64,000 nt of DNA from Balanoglossus misakiensis (lineage: Eukaryota > Animalia > Hemichordata), in NCBI GenBank assembly GCA_040954595.2, contig CM082592.2:868001-932000 (forward strand), read 5' to 3'. The notes under the pieces are model-generated. The model was not told the origin of the DNA. It did not search any database and worked only from the letters and a program-made list of their open reading frames with translations. Of the stretch, positions 48,301 through 59,700 are shown piece after piece. Each line of letters starts with the position of its first letter. Within the stretch, counting starts at the first letter, position 1. Position numbers and translations under genes: made by a program.

Positions 48301-51300
48301 TTAACATACAATCAACATGTCATATATGATCAGGGCACCAAATTCGAAGAACAAAGGTTTTTTTATTTTTTTTTCCAAAAAATGACATTTTCAAGGAAAA
48401 TTTGGTAAAACGCAATTTTGTCTGCAGTGAGCCAAATTGGCCGTTTTTTGTGGAATTTGTATCGATATATACATACGAAGAGCATTCTATACTCCATCAG
48501 ATTTCCGAAAATGTAGAAAACAGGTATTTTTGTAATTTTCAAAAATTTACCATTTTGACCAAATTGTGGCTAAAATTCTTATTTTCGTGTTGAATGCCGC
48601 CAGTGTCACTGCTTTTAAAAGTCATAAAAACTTTTAACATACAAGCAATTGTTTATATATGATCAGGTCACCGAATTAAAAAAAATAAAGAATGTTTTGC
48701 CTAAAAATGACCTTTTTGGTGCAAAAACGAATAAAACGCAATTTTGTATTAAATCAGAGTGCATTTTTTATAATCAGCACCATTTTTACATATAATGGAA
48801 ATTTCATACATCATCAGATATCCAAATATGAAAAAATGATTTAGATTTTAGATGATTGTCGAAAATTAGCTGATATCTAATAAATGTAGTATTGAACCGT
48901 TCTGTCCCCCCCCCCCCTACATTATATGCGGTACGCCGATGTCAACTTACCCGGCAGTACTGCAGGCCGTGCCCCCAACTAACGTCGGTGTTTGAAACGC
49001 CCGGGTTAAATTCGGGCTTTCTCAATAAATTGACAGGCAATAATGCAGTCCTACCCGAACAAATGTCGAGTATTGACCAGCTGTGACTTTCCCTCTTCGG
49101 TTTGCCCGACTTAGCCAACGTCTTTGTACTAGAGTGTCGGGTCTTTTGCAGAGCCAGGCCGAAGGAAATCCGACTTGATCACCGTTGCTAACGAACGCTA
49201 GTGTCTGTCATGGTGTGCCGGGGTTTTAGTCGAGCCAGGCCGTAGGAGATCTGACTTGATCATCGTGGTCAATGTACGCGTGTTTCCGCTCTAAAGTGCC
49301 GGGGCTTCAGCTAAACCAGGCCGTAGGAAATCCGACGTAATCACCGTTGATAACTTACGCCAGTCTGTCTCATATAGAGCCGGTGCACCAGCCGAGTCAC
49401 GCCGTAGGAAATCTGACTTGATCAACGTGGTCAATGTACGCCAGTTTCTGCTCTAGAGTGCCGGGGCTTCAGCTGAGCCAGGCCGAAGGAAACCCAACGT
49501 GATTACCGTTGTTAACTTACGCCAGTCTGTGTCCTATATATAGTGCCGGGGCATCAGCCGTGCCAGGCCGAAGGAAATGTGAGTAGATCAACGTGGTCTC
49601 TGTAGGCGTGTTTCTGCTCTAGAGTGCCAGGGCTTTAGCCAAGCCATGCCGTAGGAAATCTGACTTGATCAACGTTGCTAACGAACGCTAGTGTCTGTCA
49701 TGGTGTGCCGGGGTTTTAGTCGAGCCAGGCCGTAGGAGATCTGACTTGATCATCGTGGTCAATGTACGCGTGTTTCCGCTCTAAAGTGCCGGGGCTTCAG
49801 CTAAACCAGGCCGTAGGAAATCTTACTTGATCACCGTTGCTAACGTACGCTAGTGTCTGTCATATTGTGACGGAGATTTAGCCGAGCCAGGCCGTAGAAA
49901 AATCGACTTGTTCAACGTTACCAGTGTGCAACTGTTTCTGCTCTAGAGTGTCTGGGTTTTAGCCGACTTATGCTGTAGGAAATCTGAGTTGATGAACGGG
50001 AATTCAATGTTAGAAAACCCGTGTGGAAAGTATCTCTACCCGTTTGAAACTAAGAAAAGAATTTATTCTTATTTATTTTGTAAAAAAGACAATTTTTCGA
50101 AAAAAAGTCGAAAATGGTAATTTTGTCTTGGGTGATTCAAATTATACCACCTTTTCTGGAATTTGCAGCACTTTTTACAAGAGAACGACACTTCATGCTC
50201 CATAATATTTCCGAAAATGAAGAAAAGAGTTAATTTTTTATGATTTTTTAAAAAATTACCATTTTTGTCAAAATATGGCCAAAATGGCTATTTTTTCTTG
50301 AATTCCGTCAATATCTCTGCATTTTTGGAGAGGTCGAAAGTTTTAACATACAATCAACATGTCATATATGATCAGGGCACCAAATTCGAAGAACAAAGGT
50401 TTTTTATTTTTTTCTAAAAATGACATTTTCAAGGAAAATTTGGTAAAACGCAATTTTGTCTGCAGTGAGCCAAATTAGACTGTATTTTGTGGAATTTGTA
50501 TCGATATATACATACGAAGAGCATTCTATACTCCATCAGATTTCCGAAAATGTAGAAAACAGGTATTTTTTGTAATTTTCAAAAATTTACCATTTTGACC
50601 AAATTGTGGCTAAAATTGTTATTTTCGTGTTGAATGCCGCCAGTGTCACTGCTTTTAAAAGTCATAAAAACTTTTAACATACAAGCAATTGTTTATATAT
50701 GATCAGGTCACCGAATTAAAAAAAAATTGTCTGCGGTGAGCCAAATTGGCCGTTTTTTGTGGAATTTGTATCGATATATATATACGAAGAGGATTCTATA
50801 CTCCATCAGATTTCCGAAAATGTAGAAAACAGGTATTTTTTGTAATTTTCCAAAATTTACCATTTTGACCAAATTGTGGTTAAAATTGTTATTTTCGTGT
50901 TGAATGCCGCCAGTGTCACTGCTTTTAAAAGTCATAAAAACTTTTAACATACAAGCAATTGTTTGTATATGATCAGGTCACCGAATTAAAAAAAAATAAA
51001 GAATGTTTTGCCTAAAAATGACCTTTTTGGTGCAAAAACGAATAAAACGCAATTTTGTATTAAATCAGCTCATTCAGAGTGCATTTTTTATAATCAGCAC
51101 CATCTTTACATATAATAGAAATTTCATACATCATCAGATATCCAAATATGAAAAAATGATTTACATTTTAGATGATTGTCCAAAATTAGCTGATATCTAA
51201 CAAATGTAGTATTGAACCGTTCTGTTCCCCCCCCCCTACATTATATGCGGTACGCCGATGTCAGCTTACCCGGCAGTACTGCAGGCCGTGCCCCCCCCCC

Positions 51301-51700
51301 CCCCCCCCCAACTAACGTCGGTGTTTGAAACGCCCTGGTTAAATTCAGGCTTTCTCTATAAATTGACAGGCAATAATGCAGTCCTACCCGAACAAATGTC
51401 GAGTGTTGACCCGCTGTGACTTCCCCTCTTCGGTTTGCCCGACTTAGCCAACGTCTTTGTACTAGAGTGTCGGGTCTTTTGCAGAGCCAGGCCGAAGGAA
51501 ATCCGACTTGATCACCGTTGCTAACGAACGCTAGTGTCTGTCATGGTGTGCCGGGGTTTTAGTCGAGCCAGGCCGTAGGAGATCTGACTTGATCATCGTG
51601 GTCAATGTACGCGTGTTTCCGCTCTAAAGTGCCGGGGCTTCAGCTAAACCAGGCCGTAGGAAATCCGACGTAATCACCGTTGATAACTTACGCCAGTCTG
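45312..51700. repeat. Composite satellite array, segment 3
   Basis: Landmarks at ~47005, 48886 and 51205; monomers of ~1.88 and ~2.32 kb. Confidence 0.97.
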
Positions 51701-51910
51701 GATGGAGGGCGCTAGAGTCAGCCATCTACGGAAGCAGATTTCTAGCACGCTCAGAGTTTTCATCGTTTTTTCACGTGAAATCGGTGAATTTTGTGGCGAA
51801 ACTGAAGGTATATGCTTTTGGATAGATACTTGCAGCTAACTCGAGAGCAAAGAAGCATTTTGATTCTCAGAAGAAAGACATTTTGCTAGTTTTCGTGGTC
51901 TCGAGCAAGC

Positions 51911-53083
51911 ATGGCCGTCAGAGACAAAGCCAGTTATGCGCAGGTGGTGACGACCAAACGCCTGCATGACAAAGACGGTGAAGTAGGAGTTCTACCCGTC
52001 TTTCTGAAGCAGTCGGACATAGTTCCCAGGGACAGTAATCAATGGCTAAGAGGTGAGGAAATTATAGCAGCCGTTTCAGAAGTTGTCACCATCGGCAGCT
52101 TGGAAGGGTTGCAACGGATAAGAGGTCTGTGGCGTATTTATATGAATGACGAAGCAGACCGGACAATTTTGTTACAACATGGACTCACACTACGCGGGAA
52201 GTCGATAGAGCTGTGGGGGCGAAATCCCTTCCGAAGAGAGTTTCATGAAGATTGGTTAAGATTAACGATAAAAGATCTACCATTGTCACACGATGATGAT
52301 GCTATTGCCGCTACACTTACTGGTTTGGGCTGTAAGCTCAAAACAGATATATCCAGACAGAAATGGAGGTTAGACGGCAAGTTGACAAACATTCTTAATG
52401 GGGATCGAACTGTGTTCATCGAAAAACCAAAGACACCATTACCAGCTCAGGTTAAGATCGGTGCATTTTACGCGAAGATTATTTATAAACAATCCACAGC
52501 GGAGACGCAGCCACGATGCGGCAAATGCTTAGAGGAGGGACATACTGCGTACAATTGCACTGGACAAATCAAATGCAGACTCTGTAAAAGAGAGGGGCAT
52601 ATTGCAAGAAATTGTATGACTTCTCAGGTACACGAAGAATTAACGTCTCAGTCCACCAAATACACAATGCAGAAAAGGTCTACGAATCCTGCCGATGCGG
52701 TATCGAGACTAGAAAGTGACAGCACACCGTTACAAGGAACATCCAGGCGTGAAACGGGGGACGAAGACCGTGTTGAGAAATCGCAAAGTCTGGCAAACAA
52801 AGCACCTGAGCCCTCGAGCTCGAGCGTTAAATCACAAAGCTCAATTTTAGCGTTCATAAAAGAGAACAGAGACGATAGACAAAACGATACTAGTGTCAGT
52901 GAAGGTGATGTAATGGATATTGAAGGTGGCGAGGACCGGCGTTATGACACATCAAGAGAAAATATCTCTGAATTGTCTGCTGAATCGCCACCACTGTTGT
53001 CATTGACCCAAAACAAAGAAAATAAGAAAAAACGTAAAAGAAGACGAAAGCAGCAGCAGCAAGTCAGAATCAAAGGCTACTGA
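51911..53083 (+). CDS. Tx1-type ORF1 (RRM-like region + two CCHC zinc knuckles), 390 aa
   Basis: N-terminal SYAQVV, RLTIKDLPLS...NGDRTVFI, knuckles CGKCLEEGHTAYNC and CRLCKREGHIARNC, and a basic C-terminal KKKRKRRRK. Confidence 0.93.
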   Translation: MAVRDKASYAQVVTTKRLHDKDGEVGVLPVFLKQSDIVPRDSNQWLRGEEIIAAVSEVVTIGSLEGLQRIRGLWRIYMNDEADRTILLQHGLTLRGKSIELWGRNPFRREFHEDWLRLTIKDLPLSHDDDAIAATLTGLGCKLKTDISRQKWRLDGKLTNILNGDRTVFIEKPKTPLPAQVKIGAFYAKIIYKQSTAETQPRCGKCLEEGHTAYNCTGQIKCRLCKREGHIARNCMTSQVHEELTSQSTKYTMQKRSTNPADAVSRLESDSTPLQGTSRRETGDEDRVEKSQSLANKAPEPSSSSVKSQSSILAFIKENRDDRQNDTSVSEGDVMDIEGGEDRRYDTSRENISELSAESPPLLSLTQNKENKKKRKRRRKQQQQVRIKGY

Positions 53084-56000
53084 TGGCAGCGCTGAAGTTA
53101 GTTACCCCGAATGTCAGGGGTTTCAAAGACAAAACGAAAAGGAACTGTATATATCGCTGGCTAAAACTCCAAAAAACGAGTATCGCGATTTTACAAGAGT
53201 TGCATGGAAATGGAACAGACATTGACACTTGGGAGAAAGAATGGGGAGGGAAAGTATTCTTCTCGAAAGGTGACAATTATAGCAGAGGAACGGCAATATT
53301 GATTGAGCGCAGATGTGACCTCACCATTGATTCCGTGTGGAATGACGACTTCGGAAGAATTTGCATAATAAACGGTAGCCTTGTAGGTGTTAAGCTTTCA
53401 ATTTGTAGTGTTTATGCCCCGAATCTCGTGACAAAAAGAACGGAATTCTTGAAAGATCTAGCTGGCCTGGTTGACACTCACTGCTATTACGAAAATCTTA
53501 TTATAGCAGGCGACTTCAATTGTGCACTCAACGACACTTTGGACAGAGCGTCAAGTGTGAAATCACGGCAATCACATGATGGATCAAGAAGAGTCTTACG
53601 TAGTTTTTGTAATCAGTTTCAACTTATTGATGTTTGGAGGAATTTCCACCCTGGGCAACGGCAGTTTACTTGGCGAAGATTGGCCCCATCACCGACTCAT
53701 AGCCGATTAGATTATGTTTTTATCTCAAAGCACCTCGTCAAGAATGTCAAAAAATCGGATATTCGTCCTGCTGTACACACAGATCATATGGCTGTTTACG
53801 TGGAATTGCAGACCGCTTCAGATTGTAGAGGGCCTGGTACATGGAAACTGAACAATAGGCTTTTAAAAAATGAAGGCTTTGTCAACGGAGTCGAATCTGT
53901 AATCAGAGAGTGTGGTGAGAAGACATTCGAAAATAATCGGATGAAATGGGACATCATGAAGAAAGAAATTAAAGAATATGCATTGGAATTTACAAGGTAT
54001 GGAACAAAAGATCACAATAAGGAAATACCGAAGCTTGAGCAACAGCTAAAAGCGGATGAAAGAAATATGCTGGTGAATCCATCAGATGAAAATATACGGA
54101 AATACAGTGAAACCAAACAACGCCTTGAGAATATTTACAACATACTCGCTGAAGGTGCGCAGATAAGATCGCGTGCAGCGTGGGTGGAAAAGGGAGAAAG
54201 GAATACCAAGTATTTTTATCATTAGAAAAGTGAAATGCAGGAAAAAAGGAAATTAAGGAGCTGGTGACCAGAAGTGGAAAGTGTGTGACAAAAACGGACG
54301 AGATTCTGCGGGAACAAAGAGAATTCTACGAGACGATCTATCAGCGAAAATGTTGCCATCAGTCGATTGACGATTTTTTGGAAAATAGCAGTTTACCAGG
54401 ACTAACAGCTCTACAAAGTGAACAGTGCGAAGGTAATTTAACGGAAAGGGAATGTTTGCGCGCTTTGAAGACCATGGCAGCTAACAAGTCTCCGGGATGT
54501 GATGGACTTTCGGTCGAATTTTTTCTTTTCTTTTGGTCAGAAATAAAAACATTTGTCACTTCATCTCTCAATGAAGCCTGGTCGTCAGGGGAACTTTCTG
54601 CTACACAAAAAAGAGGTATTATTACATTGTTGTATAAAAAGGGAGATGAAAATGACTTGAATAATTGGAGGCCTGTGTCGCTTTTAAACATTGACTACAA
54701 AATTGCCACTAAGGCATTATCAAACAGACTCAAATGTGTTTTACCTACAATTATCCATAGAGATCAGACAGGCTATATGAAAGGCCGTTTTATTGGAGAA
54801 AACATTCGCCTGATCTCCGATGTTCTAGACTACACTAAAAAGCGGCGTTTGGAAGGAGCGATCCTTTTTGTAGATTATGAGAAAGCGTTTGACAGTGTAA
54901 ATTGGAAATTTTTGTATAGCGTGCTTAAAAAGATGAATTTTGGTCCAGGCTTTATACGCTGGATTGAAGTTTTATATAGTAATATTTCTAGTTGTATTGT
55001 TTATAAGGGATGGTGCTCTGGATACTTTTCATTACATAGAGGTGTTCGACAGGGATGTTCCCTCTCGGCTTTATTGTTTTTACTTGTGATCGAAGTACTT
55101 GCATGTAAAATAAGACAACACGGGGAGATCAACGGGATCCCCTTATATGGTAATAATACAGCGAAGATTTCATTATTTGCCGACGACACCACTATTTTTA
55201 CAAGGGATGGTCGGTCATTAGAAAATGTTTTTAAAGTTATGGATGATTTTCATCAGTGTGGTGGTTTAAAAATGAGCAACAAGAAAACGAAGGCAATGTG
55301 GGTTGGAAAAAACAGAAATAGTGAAAAGAAAATGGGAAATGTTGAATGGACAAATGAGCCCATCAAAACGCTTGGTGTGTATTTTGGCTATGACACTGAG
55401 AAATGTAACAAACTTAACTGGGAGCCTAAGATTGATAAACTGAAAAAGGTGCTACAAATGTGGGAAAAGAGAAGGCTTACGTTTTATGGGAGAGTGATGA
55501 TTACGAAGGTTTTTGCAATTTCACAGATTTTGTTTTGGACATCAGTGATTGGAATACCTGAAGGCATTAAGTGTGTTGTTCGAAAGCTAATTGATGGTTT
55601 TATAAGAAGAAAACGAAATATAAGCAATGTAATACTTCAGAGTGATTATGACAAAGGTGGCATCAGATGTGTCAACTTAGACAAGCAAATTGATTCTCTT
55701 TATGCAGTATGGGTCAAGAGACTGGTCTTGCGTAAAGGCAACACTTGGTCTGCTATACCATGGCATTATTTACAAATGGATGACCTTCAGTCATGTAATC
55801 TTATTCAGCACAACATTTTCTGGGAATCACTACCAAAGGCTTTAGAGTCTGCGATCCCTGAATTTTACGTCAAGGTTTTAAATGCGTGGTACAGTGCAAG
55901 TGAAAACATCAAAGGAAACAGAAATGTAATTTTGAAATGGTGTAGCAAGTTTCACTTTTTCTACAAATCCTTGAAAAATTGTAAATACGGTATTTGGGAT

Positions 56001-56639
56001 GGAAAACACTGGATTTCCATCAATAACGTTACGTGTAAAGCCATTTATGCGAACATTCCACAAAGGAGTCCAAATGTGGATAAACTTAACAAATGGTACA
56101 CATTACTGGAGGTACCAAACCAGACTACAAAAGAAAGTGAAACGGTCTGGAAGAACATACACGCAATAACTAAGGAAACAAAGTTGCGGGAATTTCAATG
56201 GAAACTTTTACACAGGTTGTTGCCATGTAATAAGTATTTGTTTTATTGGAATAAGAGCAGCAGTGTGGATTGTGAACTTTGTAAGATACCAGAGTCTCTT
56301 GAGCACAAGTACGTGCGTTGTACTATAGCCACATCACTTTGGGCAAAAATCGAGCGCATAATTCAGCAACTTTTTTGTAAAGATTTTGTTTTACAAAGCG
56401 CTCATATAATTTTCAATTGCATTAGAAGTGTTATGCTTTCGAAATCTGAAGAAAATATTGTAAATTTATTGATTTTAGTTTGCAAATGGAGTATACATAA
56501 ATACTGGCTAAGTGAAACCAGAGCACCTTTAATGGTGCTAGTAAAATACGAATTCATATTGAGATACAAGGTATACAAGGAAATATGCAATAATTCAGAA
56601 AGTGCAAGAATTTTTGAAGCTATTATATCTATGATGTGA
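53083..56639 (+). pseudogene. Tx1-type ORF2 (APE endonuclease, RT, C-terminal zinc-binding), disrupted
   Basis: Motifs NVRG, LQE, SVYAPN, GDFN, RLDY, TDH, KSPGCDG, WRPVSLLN, GVRQGC, FADD and CELC..PESLEH. Restoring one T at 54213-54217 gives YFLSLEK*NAGKKEI, i.e. a 1-bp deletion plus a TGA at 54231-54233. Confidence 0.92.
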
Positions 56640-56723
56640 GTTTTCGGTTGGTTTCTTTTTTTTGATATGTTAATGTAACACTGAAAGTTTTTTTAATAAA
56701 AGATAAAAAAAAAAAAAAAAAAA

Positions 56724-59700
56724 TTACGCCAGTCTGTGTCATATAGAGCCGGTGCACCAGCCGAGTCACGCCGTAGGAAATCTGACTTGATCAACGTGGT
56801 CAATGTACGCCTGTTTCTGCTCTAGAATGCCGGGGCTTCAGCTGAGCCAGGCCGTAGGAAACCCGACGTGATTACCGTTGTTAACTTACGCCAGTCTGTG
56901 TCCTATATATAGTGCCGGGGCATGAGCCGTGCCAGGCCGAAGGAAATGTGAGTAGATCAACGTGGTCTCTGTACGCGTGTTTCTGCTCTAGAGTGCCAGG
57001 GCTTTAGCCAAGCCATGCCGTAGGAAATCTGACTTGATCAACGTTGCTAACGAACGCTAGTGTCTGTCATAGTGTGCCGGGGTTTTAGTCGAGCCAAGCC
57101 GTAGGAGATCAGACTTGATCATCGTGGTCAATGTACGCGTGTTTCCGCTCTAAAGTGCCGGTGCTTCAGCTAAACCAGGCCGTAGGAAATCCGACGTAAT
57201 CACCGTTGATAACTTACGCCAGTCTGTGTCATATAGAGCCGGTGCACCAGCCGAGTCACGCCGTAGGAAATCTGACTTGATCAAGGTGGTCAATGTACGC
57301 CTGTTTCTGCTCTAGAGTGCCGGGGCATCAGCCGTGCCAGGCCGAAGGAAATGTGAGTAGATCAACGTGGTCTCTGTACGCGTGTTTCTGCTCTTGAGTG
57401 CCAGGGCTTTAGCCAAGCTATGCCGTAGAAAATCTGACTTGATCACCGTTGCTAACGTACGCTAGTGTCTGTCATATTGTGACGGAGATTTAGCCGAGCC
57501 AGGCCGTAGAAAAATCGACTTGTTCAACGTTGTTAACTTACGCCAGTCTGTGTCCTATATATAGTGCCGGGGCATCAGCCGTGCCAGGCCGAAGGAAATG
57601 TGAGTAGATCAACGTGGTCTCTGTACGCGTGTTTCTGCTCTAGAGTGCCAGGGCTTTAGCCAAGCCATGCCGTAGGAAATCTGACTTGATCAACGTTGCT
57701 AACGAACGCTAGTGTCTGTCATAGTGTGCCGGGGTTTTAGTCGAGCCAAGCCGTAGGAGATCAGACTTGATCAACGTGGTCTCTGTACGCGTGTTTCTGC
57801 TCTAGAGTGCCGGGGCTTTATCCAAGCCATGCCGTAGAAAATCTGACTTGATCACCGTTGCTAACTTACGCTAGTGTCTGTCATATTGTGACGGAGATTT
57901 AGCCGAGCCAGGCCGTAGAAAAATCGACTTGTTCAACGTTACCAGTGTGCAACTGTTTCTGCTCTAGAGTGTCAGGGTTTTAGCCGACTTATGCTGTAGG
58001 AAATCTGAGTTGATGAACGGGAATTCAATGTTAGAAAACCCGTGTGGAAAGTATCTCTACCCGTTTGAAACTAAGAAAAGAATTTATTCTTATTTATTTT
58101 GTAAAAAAGACAATTTTTCGAAAAAAAGTTGAAAATGGTAATTTTGTCTTGGGTGATTCAAATTATACCGCCTTTTCTGGAATTTGCAGCACTTTTTGCA
58201 AGAGAACGACACTTCATGCTCCATAATATTTCCGAAAATGAAGAAAAGAGTTAATTTTTTATGATTTTTTAAAAATTTACCATTTTTGTCAAAATATGGC
58301 CAAAATGGCTATTTTTTCTTGAATTCCGTCAATATATCTGCATTTTTGGAGTGGTCGAAAGTTTTAACATACAATCAACATGTCATATATGATCAGGGCA
58401 CCAAATTCGAAGAACAAAGGTTTTTTTTATTTTTTTTTCTTCTAAAAATGACATTTTCAAGGAAAATTTGGTAAAACGCAATTTTGTCTGCAGTGAGCCA
58501 AATTAGACGGTCTTTTGTGGAATTTGTATCGATATATACATACGAAGAGCATTCTATACTCCATCAGATTTCCGAAAATGTAGAAAACAGGTATTTTTTG
58601 TAATTTTCAAAAATTTACCGTTTTGACCAAATTGTGGCTAAAATTGTTATTTTCGTGTTGAATGCCGCCAGTGTCACTGCTTTTAAAAGTCATAAAAACT
58701 TTTAACATACAAGCAATTGTTTATATATGATCAGGTCACCGAATTTATAAAATAAAGAATGTTTTGCCTAAAAATGACCTTTTTGGTGCAAAAACGAATA
58801 AAACGCAATTTTGTATTAAATCAGAATGCATTTTTTATAATCAGCACCATTTTTACATGTAATGGAAATTTCATACATCATCAGATATCCAAATATAAAA
58901 AAAATGATTTAGATTTTAGATGATTGTCCAAAATTAGCTGATATCTAATAAATGTAGTATTGAACCGTTCTGCCCCCCCCCCCCTACATTATATGCGGTA
59001 CGCCGATGTCAGCTTACCCGGCAGTACTGCAGGCCGTGCCCCCAACTAACGTCGGTGTTTGAAACGCCCTGGTTAAATTCGAGCTTTCTCTATAAATTGA
59101 CAGGCAATAATGCAGTCCTACCCGAACAAATGTCAAGTGTTAAACTGCTGTGACTTTCCCTCTTCGGTTTGCCCGACTTAGCCAACGTCTTTGTACTAGA
59201 GTGTCGGGTCTTTTGCAGAGCCAGGCCGAAGGAAATCCGACTTGATCACCGTTGCTAACGAACGCTAGTGTCTATCATGGTGTGCCGGGGTTTTAGTCGA
59301 GCCAGGCCGTAGGAGATCTGACTTGATCATCGTGGTCAATGTACGCGTGTTTCCGCTCTAAAGTACCGGGGCTTCAGGTAAACCAGGCCGTAGGAAATCC
59401 GACGTAATCACCGTTGATAACTTACGCCAGTCTGTGTCATATAGAGCCGGTGCACCAGCCGAGTCACGCCGTAGGAAATCTGACTTGATCAACGTGGTCA
59501 ATGTACGCCTGTTTCTGCTCTAGAGTGCCGGGGCTTCAGCTGAGCCAGGCAGTAGGAAACCCGACGTGATTACCGTTGTTAACTTACGCCAGTCTGTGTC
59601 ATATATATAGTGCCGGGGCATCAGCCGTGCCAGGCCGAAGGAAATGTGAGTAGATCAACGTGGTCTCTGTACGCGTGTTTCTGCTCTAGAGTGCCAGGGC

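Larger units (their letters stand above)
51701..56723 (+). mobile_element. Full-length Tx1-type (L1 group) non-LTR retrotransposon
   Basis: 13-bp TSD TTACGCCAGTCTG at 51688-51700 and 56724-56736. It has a 210-bp 5' UTR, ORF1, ORF2, AATAAA at 56695-56700 and a poly(A) tail. Confidence 0.95.
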
